Shown here: piece after piece, positions 16,638-25,911 of the stretch
Numbering within the stretch: position 1 is the first letter of the stretch
How the letters are laid out: every line of letters begins with the position of its first letter
Assembly: GCA_944320595.1 (NCBI GenBank)
Contig: CALUIB010000017.1
Location: forward strand, 296 to 64,295
Direction of reading: 5' to 3'
DNA: 64,000 bases
Source: an uncultured Muribaculaceae bacterium
GTDB lineage: Bacteria; Bacteroidota; Bacteroidia; Bacteroidales; Muribaculaceae
Program-made: the position numbers and the translations under genes
The notes under the pieces: model-generated
Databases searched by the model: none
What the model was told of the DNA's origin: nothing
Seen by the model: only the letters and a program-made list of their open reading frames with translations

Positions 16638-19460
16638 TCAGCGTTTCAGCAACTTTTGTGCCTGTACACCTTGCGGAGTGTAGATGCGCACGATGTAGGT
16701 TCCGGCGGTGAGTGCCGAGATGTCCATCATGTTTTCACCCTCGCTGGCTGCCACCATTTGCCCTGCCAGGCTGTAAACCTCTATGCGGTTCACGTCGCTG
16801 CTGTTCACTTGTATGAAATTCGATGCAGGGTTGGGGAAGATGCTAATGTTGCGGTAGCCTTCCGTGCCGTCGGCCTCAATTTCTTCCACACCCACTGCGT
16901 GTTCCATATTGGTGATAACAATGAAACTGTGGGCGGGCAAGGTGATGGTCCCTGCCTTTGCGTCGAAAGTGGCCGAGCTTACGCCGTGGGATTGAAGCGC
17001 GGCGTAATATGTGCCGTCGGGGTTGTCGAACGTGTAGCTGAACGTCTTCGACCCTGATGTTGTCGGGTTGTAGGCTGCAACGAGTTCCTTCGAGCCATCG
17101 GCACTGCGCATGGTTATGAAACGTCCGGTTTCCCAGTCGTTGTTGCCCACCGTCCAGTAGAACTCGGCATCCTCGCTGAAGAGTTCGGGATTCGAGCGGC
17201 GAATGTTAAGCAGCGTCGAGTAAGTGTCATACAGCCCCTTGCGCTGGGCGTTGTCGTAATATTCCCAATGCGGTTCTTTGGGGTCTGTGTCGCCGTTGCC
17301 GCCGCTTATGTCATAACCGAGTTCGCCGAATTGCCAAATCATCTTGGCTCCCGGCACGAGAATCGAGAAAGCGGCGTTTGAGCCGAGGCGGCGCATACGC
17401 TGCATCAGCGACCCAGGGAGGGTGCCTGCTCCATACTGTATTTGCTTTGCGCCCATGCGCTCCTCGTCGTGGCTTTCCATATAGGCCACGGTAGAGCCGA
17501 ACGGGCGGCTCTCGTCGCCGGTCCACATTCCGCGGAATGTGCTGTTTTCCTGGTAGCCCATGGCGGCCTGGCAATATTGCTCGTTCATCTTTTTCCACGA
17601 CATGCCGCCGTAGTTCCCTATTTCGTTTTCCTCGGCAGTATCGACGAAGTATTCAAAAATGGCGTATGCATCGGGGTTGACTTCCCACATTGCGTCCATG
17701 AACTGTTTCACGTTGCGTATGCGCGATGCGTTGTATTGGTTGCCGTCATAGTCGCTGGCATAGCTGCCCGAGTCGCCTAAGCCCTTGGCAAGGTCGAAAC
17801 GGTAGCCGTCGATGCGGTATTCTCGCAGCCAGTATTGCAGCACGTCGCACATATAGTCGCGCACGTGTGCGCTTTCCATCTTCCATTCGTTGCCCACGCT
17901 CCAGTTGTGCGGTGCCACGGCGTTATAGAACGGGTTGTCGGCAGCCGGGCGGTTGTTGGTAGCATCCCAGTACATCTTGCACCACGGGTGCTGCCCCCAG
18001 GTGTGGTTGAACACCACGTCGAAAATCACGGCTATGCCGCGGCGGTGGCATTCGTCGATGAATGTCTTGTACATGGTGCTTGTGCCATAATACTTGTCGG
18101 GCGCGAAATAGAAGTTGGGATTGTATCCCCACGAGTTGTTGCCGTCGAATTCCATCACCGGCATCAGCTCTATGGCGTTGATACCCAGGCGTTGCAAGTA
18201 GTCGAGGTGCGTCATGGCTGCCTCAAGGCTTTGCTCCTCGGTGAAGTCGCGCAGCAGCATTTCATATATTATCAAGTCCTCCTTGGCCGGAGCCTCGAAG
18301 TCGGTCACCTGCCACTGATAGCCGTCACCGTTGCCGTGGTAAACGGCAATTGCGAGTTCGGGCACACGGTCGGTAGGGAACGATTTCAGCCCGGGGTAAC
18401 GTGTGGCACCCTGGTTGATGTACTTGTCGTTCCACGGGTCGAGGATAAGCCGTGCATACGGGTCGGCCACTTGGATATTGTCGTCCACGATGAAGTAGTA
18501 TCCGTATTCCTTTGCCGGGTCGATTTTCTCGGCTGGCACGGTGAGCCAGAAGTATCGGTCGTCGGCCTGGCCCTGGTAGTTCATCACGTTTTCGGCCATC
18601 ATGCGGTAGTTGTCCCATTCGCCCACTATCATCACGTTGCTCTTATTGGGAGCATACAGGCAGAATGTAACATTGCCGTCGGCATCGGCGTTGGCACCCT
18701 GCTGCAATGTGCCGCCGAATGCCACTTGCTGCGAATTTCCGCGGTGGCACAGCGAGATTGTGTCAAGAACTGTTTCGTTGCCGGCCACGGCCTTGGCTAT
18801 CACGTCGTAGCTGCCAACTTGCGCAAAGCTGTGGCTTGCGGTGAGCGATGTCGCACCCTGTTTTTGTGCGATTACTTCGCCATTATCGGCATCGTTGATG
18901 CGCAGTTCTATGTTGGCTGCCGAGGTGGTGCTGACGGTGAACGACACCGTGTTGTCATCGTCGGTCAGCACGTAGCTGCCGGCATCGCTCGTGAAGTTCA
19001 TAGCCAGCCCGTCGGGGTAAACATCGATGAAGATGTCGCCGCCGCTTTCCGTCTTGCCCTCCTTTGTGCAGTCGCCGCTGCGGAACACGAAAGCCATGCG
19101 TTGCACGGTTTCGCCTTCGTTAAGTTCGTAATACGACTTCAAGTCGCCGATGTTGAGCCGCCACAGGTCGGTTCCGGCATTTTCAAGTTTGTACTTGGCC
19201 GAGTTGTCGCCCCATTCCGATGGAGCATGTTTCCAGTCGCTGTTGCCGGTGCTTTCCGAGGTGATTACGCCGGTGTGCGCATACACCTCGCCCGTGTACC
19301 CCATCAGCCCCTTGTTGCCTTCGGCTGCGTTGAAGTACACCACAATCCCTGTTGAACTTTGTTGAACTACGGCAGGTTCGGTATATACAACCTGCGCCAC
19401 GGCCCATGCGCTGCACAGCAGCAACATAGCCATCAAGAGGGTAAATCTTGATTTAATCAT
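16638..19460 (-). CDS. GH13 alpha-amylase family glycoside hydrolase with a T9SS C-terminal sorting domain
   Basis: 940 aa with a signal peptide. GH13 blocks are VIFDVVFNHT, YRIDGYRFDLAKG, FEYFVD and YMESHDEER. The C-terminus (FPNPASNFIQV...GTYIVRIYT...) resembles a T9SS type A CTD. Confidence 0.9.
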   Translation of the reverse strand: MIKSRFTLLMAMLLLCSAWAVAQVVYTEPAVVQQSSTGIVVYFNAAEGNKGLMGYTGEVYAHTGVITSESTGNSDWKHAPSEWGDNSAKYKLENAGTDLWRLNIGDLKSYYELNEGETVQRMAFVFRSGDCTKEGKTESGGDIFIDVYPDGLAMNFTSDAGSYVLTDDDNTVSFTVSTTSAANIELRINDADNGEVIAQKQGATSLTASHSFAQVGSYDVIAKAVAGNETVLDTISLCHRGNSQQVAFGGTLQQGANADADGNVTFCLYAPNKSNVMIVGEWDNYRMMAENVMNYQGQADDRYFWLTVPAEKIDPAKEYGYYFIVDDNIQVADPYARLILDPWNDKYINQGATRYPGLKSFPTDRVPELAIAVYHGNGDGYQWQVTDFEAPAKEDLIIYEMLLRDFTEEQSLEAAMTHLDYLQRLGINAIELMPVMEFDGNNSWGYNPNFYFAPDKYYGTSTMYKTFIDECHRRGIAVIFDVVFNHTWGQHPWCKMYWDATNNRPAADNPFYNAVAPHNWSVGNEWKMESAHVRDYMCDVLQYWLREYRIDGYRFDLAKGLGDSGSYASDYDGNQYNASRIRNVKQFMDAMWEVNPDAYAIFEYFVDTAEENEIGNYGGMSWKKMNEQYCQAAMGYQENSTFRGMWTGDESRPFGSTVAYMESHDEERMGAKQIQYGAGTLPGSLMQRMRRLGSNAAFSILVPGAKMIWQFGELGYDISGGNGDTDPKEPHWEYYDNAQRKGLYDTYSTLLNIRRSNPELFSEDAEFYWTVGNNDWETGRFITMRSADGSKELVAAYNPTTSGSKTFSYTFDNPDGTYYAALQSHGVSSATFDAKAGTITLPAHSFIVITNMEHAVGVEEIEADGTEGYRNISIFPNPASNFIQVNSSDVNRIEVYSLAGQMVAASEGENMMDISALTAGTYIVRIYTPQGVQAQKLLKR

Positions 19461-19651
19461 TGCATTAAATGGTTAAGTTTGTGTTAAAAAATAATCATAG
19501 GTAAACTCTTGGCTTATGTTATCGAAGTCCTGCCTCCATTACGGCAGGCAAATTCCCATTGTTGCCGCAAAGGAACGAAAAAAATGGCATGAGACCAAAA
19601 AAATATGGGAAAAATAGAGCATTTAATTGGAGGCATAATTAGGAAATGATA

Positions 19652-19684
19652 TGTACCACGGGCGGAGGAGCCGATCGTGGTACA
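19652..19684 (-). terminator. Hairpin downstream of the LemA-TPM-TPM operon
   Basis: TGTACCACG / CGTGGTACA: a 9-bp stem 55 nt after the stop at 19740, with no strong U-run. Confidence 0.4.
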
Positions 19685-19739
19685 TTATGAGCCATGCTGT
19701 TATGCTTGGCAGTTGTTATGCTATGGAATAGGGTGGTGG

Positions 19740-20558
19740 TTACCATGAGCCACCCGCTCCGCCGCCGCCGAAACTGCCTCCGCCAAAGCCACCGAAACCT
19801 CCTCCGCCGAAACCTCCGAAGTCGCTACCGCCGTGGCTGCGCCCTCCGCCGATGCCGCCAAAGGGCAGTCCGCCAAGGAATATGCCGCCTGGGCCGAATG
19901 TGCCGGAATTGCCGTTGCGGTTGTTGCCGCCGCCATGCTTGCGCGTAAGTGCCACGATGATGAAGAATATGGCGAATGCGCCCAGCAGCCCCAGCAGCCC
20001 TGCCACGGCACTGGCATCGGAGCCTTCTTCGTAGCGTTCCTTGCTATATTCGCCTGCCGCTATGGGGCATATTACGCCCACGGCGGCGCGTATGCCGCCA
20101 AAGTAGTCGTTTTGCTTGAAGTGAGGTATCATTTCGCGTTCCACTATCATCTTGCACGTGGCATCGGGCAAGGCTCCTTCCAGTCCATACCCGGTGGCGA
20201 TGAACGCCTGCCCGCGCGACGAGCCTTTTTTAGGCTTGACCAGCACCACCACGCCGTTGTTGTCGTCGGCAGTGCCCACTTGCCACTGTTCGCCTATCTC
20301 GTATGCCATTTCGGCCGGGTCCATTCCGCCAAGGTCGTCGATGGTGACGACGACCACCTGGTTGCTCGTATGGCGGTCGAAACGCACGAGCGAGTCTTCG
20401 AGCCATTTCACCTGACTGGGCGACAATATGCCGGCCAGGTCGTTGACAAGCCTTGGCGGGTCGGGGCGCGTCGGCACCTGTGCCGCCACGGTCTGCAATA
20501 GTGCCGCCACGAGCAGCAGGGCTGCCGCGGCATTAATCTTCTTTATAGGAAATTTCAT
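19740..20558 (-). CDS. TPM domain-containing protein (YgcG-like) with a Gly-rich C-terminal tail
   Basis: 272 aa with a signal peptide. TPM blocks are LVNDLAGILS...VVVVTIDDLGG...GYGLEGALPD. One TM helix is followed by a GGFGGGGFGGFGGG tail. Confidence 0.85.
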   Translation of the reverse strand: MKFPIKKINAAAALLLVAALLQTVAAQVPTRPDPPRLVNDLAGILSPSQVKWLEDSLVRFDRHTSNQVVVVTIDDLGGMDPAEMAYEIGEQWQVGTADDNNGVVVLVKPKKGSSRGQAFIATGYGLEGALPDATCKMIVEREMIPHFKQNDYFGGIRAAVGVICPIAAGEYSKERYEEGSDASAVAGLLGLLGAFAIFFIIVALTRKHGGGNNRNGNSGTFGPGGIFLGGLPFGGIGGGRSHGGSDFGGFGGGGFGGFGGGSFGGGGAGGSW

Positions 20559-20976
20559 CGCTTTGCTCGTTTACGTCATCATTAGTCCACGGGAAATAAG
20601 CCGACAGGCTGTCGCCTATCTGCCCGATGACCTCGCACAGGCCGCCAACGGCATCGCCTTGGCGCAGGTAACGGGCAAGCGTCTCCTTTTCCTTGTTCCA
20701 AAAGTCGCTGCCTACACGCTCGTTTATGCCGCTGTCGCCGATGATGGCAAACACGTGAGAGCGGTATGCCACATACACCAGTACACCGTTGCGTTGCCGT
20801 GTCTCATACATTTTCAGCTCGTTGAACACCTCCACGGCTCGCTGGTATGGGTCGCCCTGCTTGCAGCGCGGCTCTATGTGTACGCGTATTTCGCCCGAGG
20901 TGCGTTTCTCGGCTGCTACGATGGCGGCTACCACCCGTTGCTGCCCCTCGCGAGGGATAAAATCGCTGAGTGCCAT
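20533..20976 (-). CDS. TPM domain-containing protein
   Basis: ORF 20533-21021. ATG 20976 (MALSDF...) lies 14 nt after the lemA stop. GEIRVHIE...NGVLVYVAYRSHVFAIIGDSGI is TPM-like. Confidence 0.8.
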   Translation of the reverse strand: MALSDFIPREGQQRVVAAIVAAEKRTSGEIRVHIEPRCKQGDPYQRAVEVFNELKMYETRQRNGVLVYVAYRSHVFAIIGDSGINERVGSDFWNKEKETLARYLRQGDAVGGLCEVIGQIGDSLSAYFPWTNDDVNEQSDEISYKED

Positions 20977-20989
20977 GTCGGAGTGTGCG

Positions 20990-21583
20990 TCAGAATTCCA
21001 CTTTAGGAGCTTGGTGTGCACTTTCGTCGGCCTCGAAATATGGCTTGGCCTCGAAACCGAACATTGCAGCCACTATGTTGCTCGGGAATTGGCGCACCGT
21101 CACATTGTAGTCGCGCACCACTTCGTTGAACTTCTTGCGTTCCACGGCAATGCGGTTCTCGGTCCCTTCGAGCTGCGCTTGCAGTTGCATGAAATTCTCG
21201 TTGGCCTTCAAGTCGGGATAGTTTTCGGTCACCGCAAGAAGCCTGCTCAGTGCCGCGCCCAGTTCGCCCTGTGCCTCTTGGAAACGGCGCAGGCTCTCGG
21301 CATCGATTTTTTCGGGGTCGATGGTTACCTGCGTGGCCCGAGCCCTTGCGCTCACCACGCCTTCGAGCGTCGATTGTTCATGTGTGGCATATCCTTTCAC
21401 GGTCTCCACCAAGTTTGGGATAAGGTCGGCGCGTCGTTGATATACATTCTCTACTTGCGCCCATGCGCTTGCCACGCCTTCTTCCTTGGTTACGAAAGAG
21501 TTGCGCGACCCCATGGCCCATACGCCCACCAAGACCGCTACAACCACTACTGCTATAACAGCAATCAAGCATCCTTTTTTCAT
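20990..21583 (-). CDS. lemA: LemA family protein
   Basis: 197 aa with an N-terminal TM helix. AWAQVENVYQRRADLIPNLVETVKGYA and NYPDLKANENF are typical LemA blocks. Confidence 0.9.
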   Translation of the reverse strand: MKKGCLIAVIAVVVVAVLVGVWAMGSRNSFVTKEEGVASAWAQVENVYQRRADLIPNLVETVKGYATHEQSTLEGVVSARARATQVTIDPEKIDAESLRRFQEAQGELGAALSRLLAVTENYPDLKANENFMQLQAQLEGTENRIAVERKKFNEVVRDYNVTVRQFPSNIVAAMFGFEAKPYFEADESAHQAPKVEF

Positions 21584-21714
21584 CTTATATATGTGTTAAT
21601 TAAAATTGTTAATCAAGAGATGGAACAAATATCATGCCCCGATTTTGAGGCATTGGCTACAATTCTTCCCGAAAATTAGCACATTATGCGCAATTGTGCA
21701 AATAAAAGCAATTT

Positions 21715-22740
21715 TTATGCTTTTTGCCCGCGCAGGCGGTGGAATGCTGTGGCCAGCTGCGACAGCAGTGCCGCCCTTGCGCTGTCGATGACAAAAATCA
21801 CGAGGTAGATGGCTACGGTGAACGCGATGAACCACAGCGTGTAGCCCACAAGCCCCGTTGTTTCCCACATTTGCCGGGAAAGCGGTTTCAGTATGCCACC
21901 GAAGATATAGGGGTTCTTATGCACCAAGTACACTGCGAAGGCCGTTGCGGCAAGGCGGTTGACAATGCGTGAGCGGAATTCAAGCGATGCGAAGAACATG
22001 AATAGCGATACCGACGAGCATAGCACCAATGGCGAATTGTAGGCGTAGGCAAACAGGCTGTCGGTGAAAAGTGCCATCACCACAATCAATGCGGTGCACA
22101 CCAAGTAGGCGGCAGCCGCAAGGCAGCGCACCCGTTTGCGTCGTGTGGAAATATCAATGTTGTTCCTAATGTATCGGCCTATCAAGTACATCATCACGAG
22201 TTGCATCACCGTGTAGCCTGTGGGATTGAAACTGCCATGCCATAGCCATCCGCACCACACATTGAAGGCGACGAAGGCTGCCAGCATCCACTTGTTGAAA
22301 TCCGTGTGGTTAAGCAGCGGGCTTAGAAGGAACACCCCCAGGTAGGCCGGTACATACCACAGGTCGGTGTGAGAATATACCATCCACGAATGCACCCAGC
22401 TGACCCATGACCACGGTACCAACCCGAATGCGGCAAGCAGCGTGTAAATGCCCACGGCATATACCACGCACAGCAATGTGAGCCGTGCAAAGGAGCTCCA
22501 GCGGGCTTTTATGCCGAAGTATCCCGAAATGAGCGCAAAGCAGTTGACTCCGATAATTGAAAATGCCTCTACCACCAGCACCCACACGTCGCGCAGGGTT
22601 ACGGCCTGCAAATTGCCCTTTGGCTCGGGTAGCCCCACCGATGCCGCGCCTATGTGCAGCATCACTATGGCTGCCATGGATATGATGCGCAGCAGTTCTA
22701 TGTTGGATTGCCGTTCGACTGGTGCGTTTCCCATAATCAT
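21715..22740 (-). CDS. Acyltransferase family 3 (O-acyltransferase) membrane protein
   Basis: 341-aa polytopic ORF with an N-terminal NIELLRIISMAAIVMLHI motif. ATGA start/stop overlap with the upstream symporter gene. Confidence 0.8.
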   Translation of the reverse strand: MIMGNAPVERQSNIELLRIISMAAIVMLHIGAASVGLPEPKGNLQAVTLRDVWVLVVEAFSIIGVNCFALISGYFGIKARWSSFARLTLLCVVYAVGIYTLLAAFGLVPWSWVSWVHSWMVYSHTDLWYVPAYLGVFLLSPLLNHTDFNKWMLAAFVAFNVWCGWLWHGSFNPTGYTVMQLVMMYLIGRYIRNNIDISTRRKRVRCLAAAAYLVCTALIVVMALFTDSLFAYAYNSPLVLCSSVSLFMFFASLEFRSRIVNRLAATAFAVYLVHKNPYIFGGILKPLSRQMWETTGLVGYTLWFIAFTVAIYLVIFVIDSARAALLSQLATAFHRLRGQKA

Positions 22741-24119
22741 TTTCCTTTATCCCGGGCCTCGTCGGCAAAATAGCGGTTGGCAAGGCGTTTCACCCGTGGG
22801 GCAAGCAATATGGCCGCCGTCATGTTGGGCAGTGCCATCAGGGCAAACGACAAGTCCATGAGCGCAACCACCGAGCCGAGCGGAATTACCGCGGCCACGA
22901 TTATCATCACTAAGTAGAAATAGTTGTAATACTTGGCACGGTGTGCGCCGAAGAGGAAGTTGGTGCACTTCAGCCCGTAATATGAGTAGGAGAACATGGT
23001 GGAGAATGCAAAGAACAGCACTATCACCATGAGCAAGTAGTGCCCGTAGCCGGGCAGCAAGGCATCGAATGAATTGAGGGCTATATACAGCCCTTTTATC
23101 TCCCCGCTGCCGACGTAATTGCCTGCAATGATGATGGGGATAGCTGTGAGCGTGCACACAAGCCCCGAGTCGATTGACGGGCCTATCATGGTCACAAGGC
23201 CCTCGCGGATGGGATTGTCGTTGCGCGACGCTCCGTGCATGAGCGACGTTGTGCCCACGCCGGCCTCGTTGACGTAGGCCGCACGGCGGAAACCTATTAT
23301 TGCCGTTCCTATCAAGCCGCCTATTCCGGCATCGAGGCTGAAAGCTCCGTCGAGTATCGAGGCAAATACCCCCGGTACCTTGTCGGCATGGATTATGATG
23401 ATGGCTGCCACAAGCAAGAAGTAGAGCCCCACCATGGTGGGCACTATCTTGGTGGCTATGCGCGAGATGCGGGTTATGCCTCCCAGGATTACCGATGCCA
23501 CCACCACGCATATCGCGCTGCCGAGCAAGAAACGCAGCCACGGCGTGTTTTCTATTCCCATCGGGGAGGTTATGACCGTGGTGACGGCCTCGACGAGCTG
23601 GTTGGCCTGCATAAAGCAGAGTGTGCCAAGCAAGGCGAAGATGGCAAAGAAATATGCCATGGGTTTCCATCGCTGTCCAAGTCCGGTGATTATTATATAC
23701 ATAGGCCCCCCTTGCACTTCGCCCGCACTGTCGCGCCCCTTGTACATGATTGACAGGGCCCCCTCGAAGAACTTGGTACACATACCCAGTATGGCACTGA
23801 CCCACATCCAGAATATTGCCCCCGGGCCGCCCATGCACAAGGCTATGGCCACGCCTGCAATGCTGCCCATGCCCACGGTTGACGATATTTCGCTCATCAA
23901 GGCTTGCAGCGAGCTTATCTGCCCGGCTCCGTCGCTACTCTGCTTATAGCGCAATGCCTTGATGGCACTGCCATAGCGGCGCAGCGATATGCCTCCCGAA
24001 TAAATGAAGAAGAACAACCCACCGCCCAAAAGCAGCAGGAAAAAAGGGTAGCCGCATACGGCATCACTGATGGTGGTGAGCCAGTCGCTTACGCATTTGA
24101 AGAAATGTTCCATTCTCAC
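22737..24119 (-). CDS. Alanine/glycine:cation symporter (AGCS) family protein
   Basis: 460-aa polytopic ORF. The GGPGAIFWMW, AAYVNEAGVGTTS and FAFSTMFSYSYYG blocks are typical of sodium:alanine symporters. Confidence 0.9.
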   Translation of the reverse strand: MRMEHFFKCVSDWLTTISDAVCGYPFFLLLLGGGLFFFIYSGGISLRRYGSAIKALRYKQSSDGAGQISSLQALMSEISSTVGMGSIAGVAIALCMGGPGAIFWMWVSAILGMCTKFFEGALSIMYKGRDSAGEVQGGPMYIIITGLGQRWKPMAYFFAIFALLGTLCFMQANQLVEAVTTVITSPMGIENTPWLRFLLGSAICVVVASVILGGITRISRIATKIVPTMVGLYFLLVAAIIIIHADKVPGVFASILDGAFSLDAGIGGLIGTAIIGFRRAAYVNEAGVGTTSLMHGASRNDNPIREGLVTMIGPSIDSGLVCTLTAIPIIIAGNYVGSGEIKGLYIALNSFDALLPGYGHYLLMVIVLFFAFSTMFSYSYYGLKCTNFLFGAHRAKYYNYFYLVMIIVAAVIPLGSVVALMDLSFALMALPNMTAAILLAPRVKRLANRYFADEARDKGK

Positions 24120-24142
24120 GATATTCGTTATTGGGGTGAGTG

Positions 24143-24781
24143 TCAGTCATCCCATTCGTCATCGCCCTCGTCGAAGTGGTCTTCGCCGCGGTACCCTCCT
24201 CGGTGGTCGTCCCACTCGTCGTCGCCCTCGTCGAAGTGGTCCTCACCGTCATCCCAGCCGTGGTGCTTGCGGTCGTCGGGAAAACGGCCGTCGTTCCACT
24301 CATCATCGGTAAAGCTGCGCAACACCTTGCCGCGGCGGTTGACAAGGTAAATCCTGTCATGTCCGCTTGCACGAGCCTGTATTGCGTAGAAATACCCTTT
24401 GGGCGACTCCACCACTTGGTTGTCGTTGTCGTCTATGTCTCGGAAACCGAAACCTGCATTCCTGAGTCCCGAAACCACGCCCTCGGGTAATTGCTCGCGG
24501 CGAATATCCCACAACGTGCGCAACCATTGTCCCGACGGGCTGAACAGCAAAATCTTTTCTATGTTCTTGTGGCGTATCTTCAATTCAATAAAGCCGTTGT
24601 CGGTGTCACGGTCAAGTATGCGGCAACCCCGATACTTTTGACGTGCGAAAGCGGCTACATTTTCACTTTTGTGGCCGCGGGAATTTCCATCTGCCGCCAT
24701 GGCTGTATTTGCCGTAAAGCCACAGGCAATGGCCATCAAGCCACATGCTAAAGCCAAGTATAAGTGATGCAAAGTTTTCAT
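24143..24781 (-). CDS. PepSY-like (DUF2874-like) secreted protein with an acidic repeat tail
   Basis: ORF 24143-24820. ATG 24781 (MKTLHHLYLALACG...) is consistent with the -7 box at 24807-24814. The C-terminus carries GEDHFDEGDDEWDD twice. Confidence 0.6.
   Translation of the reverse strand: MKTLHHLYLALACGLMAIACGFTANTAMAADGNSRGHKSENVAAFARQKYRGCRILDRDTDNGFIELKIRHKNIEKILLFSPSGQWLRTLWDIRREQLPEGVVSGLRNAGFGFRDIDDNDNQVVESPKGYFYAIQARASGHDRIYLVNRRGKVLRSFTDDEWNDGRFPDDRKHHGWDDGEDHFDEGDDEWDDHRGGYRGEDHFDEGDDEWDD
24147..24248. repeat. Two copies of a ~42-nt direct repeat with a 60-nt period, inside the coding sequence
   Basis: GTCATCCCATTCGTCATCGCCCTCGTCGAAGTGGTCTTCGCC versus GTCGTCCCACTCGTCGTCGCCCTCGTCGAAGTGGTCCTCACC. 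Confidence 0.85.
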
Positions 24782-24806
24782 AAGCAAATAAATTCTAAAG
24801 ACAAAA

Positions 24807-24814
24807 CAAAAGTA
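24807..24814 (-). promoter_or_regulatory. Putative -7 box (TACTTTTG) for the PepSY-like/AGCS/acyltransferase operon
   Basis: Exact TAnnTTTG match, 25 nt upstream of ATG 24781. Confidence 0.45.
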
Positions 24815-24889
24815 ATGCAAGACTGGCGCAAAAGCAAATTATGTATGCACGAAATGCGAGGCATTTTCGGTAGCACGGCCAAAACTGCG

Positions 24890-24966
24890 AAAAGGTAGGC
24901 TTCGGCTCGGTATAAAAAACAAACGAGTTTGTTTTGTTCTGCGCTCGCCTTGCACTATCTTTGCAA
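24890..24966 (+). repeat. Intergenic hairpin repeat unit (same family as 11268-11473 and 62209-62283)
   Basis: GGTAGGCTTCGGCTCGG, then hairpin AAAAAACAAACGAGTTTGTTTTGTT, then CTGCGCTCGCCTTGCACTATCTTTGCA. Confidence 0.8.
24956..24963 (+). promoter_or_regulatory. Putative -7 box (TATCTTTG) at the end of the repeat unit, 6 nt before ATG 24970
   Basis: Exact TAnnTTTG match. The spacing implies a leaderless or near-leaderless mRNA, or use of a downstream start. Confidence 0.4.
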
Positions 24967-24969
24967 ATA

Positions 24970-25911
24970 ATGATTAAAAAGCTAAAGATATTACGCATAG
25001 TCCTCTCGGTGGCTTTTGTGGCATTGCTCACGGGGGCATTGCTGTGCCACGACCCTGAAAGAGCATCGTGGATTGACTGGACTTGCCAGTTGCAGTTGTT
25101 GCCTGCGGTGCTGTCGCTGGCGGCTGGCGTGTGCCTGTTTTGGCTCGCCGTGACGTTGCTCGTGGGGCGAGCTTATTGCTCCACGGTGTGTCCGCTTGGG
25201 GTGGTGCAAGACATATTCGGGCGCATAGGGAAAATGATGCGCCGCAACCGCGACGGCAGCTTGCGATTGTACCATTATTCCCGTGCCGAGAACCGCCTGC
25301 GCTATGTGGTGCTCGCCGTGGTGGTGCTGTGCGTGATGGCCGGGCAAATGTTCCTGCCCGAGATTATCGACCCGTATTACGTATATGCCAACCTGCTGAA
25401 CCACATTACGGCAGCCGTCCACCCGTCGTTGCTTGGCGAGGTGATGATACCTGGAGTGCTGGGAATTGCAATATCGGCTGTCACGCTTGTGGTGGTGGCG
25501 GTGCTTTCGTTCAAGAACGGGCGCACCTTCTGCAACACCATCTGCCCCGTGGGGTCGGCACTGAGCGTGGTGAGCCGCGTGTCGCTGTTGCAGCTTGAAA
25601 TCGACCCCGACGTGTGTACCAACTGTGGCCGTTGCGAACAGGAGTGCAAAGCCTCGTGCATCGATGCCAAGGCTCACACCATCGACTACAGCCGCTGTGT
25701 ACTGTGCATGAATTGCACCGCTGCCTGCAACGACCATGCGATACGTTTCACCGCCACTCGCAAACGACTCTCGACCCCGCTCATGCAGCAAATAGGCGGC
25801 AAGGTGCCGCAAATGACCATCGACCGCCCTGGTCAGGCCGTTGAAACCACCGTGCCGCCAGCAAATCCAGTGGCGGCGCATAAATCGAGCGACGAAACAG
25901 CCTCCTCTTAA
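24970..25911 (+). CDS. 4Fe-4S binding membrane protein (NapH/MauN-like ferredoxin-type)
   Basis: ORF 24934-25911 with ATG 24970 (MIKKLKILRIV...). It has TM helices plus CSTVCPLG, CNTICPVG, CTNCGRCEQEC and CVLCMNCTAAC cluster motifs. Confidence 0.8.
   Translation: MIKKLKILRIVLSVAFVALLTGALLCHDPERASWIDWTCQLQLLPAVLSLAAGVCLFWLAVTLLVGRAYCSTVCPLGVVQDIFGRIGKMMRRNRDGSLRLYHYSRAENRLRYVVLAVVVLCVMAGQMFLPEIIDPYYVYANLLNHITAAVHPSLLGEVMIPGVLGIAISAVTLVVVAVLSFKNGRTFCNTICPVGSALSVVSRVSLLQLEIDPDVCTNCGRCEQECKASCIDAKAHTIDYSRCVLCMNCTAACNDHAIRFTATRKRLSTPLMQQIGGKVPQMTIDRPGQAVETTVPPANPVAAHKSSDETASS

Noticed and set aside
17835-19355. A 506-aa plus-strand ORF
   Set aside because: It is antisense to the GH13 amylase gene, which has unambiguous catalytic motifs. 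Long antisense ORFs of this kind are typical of GC-rich DNA.
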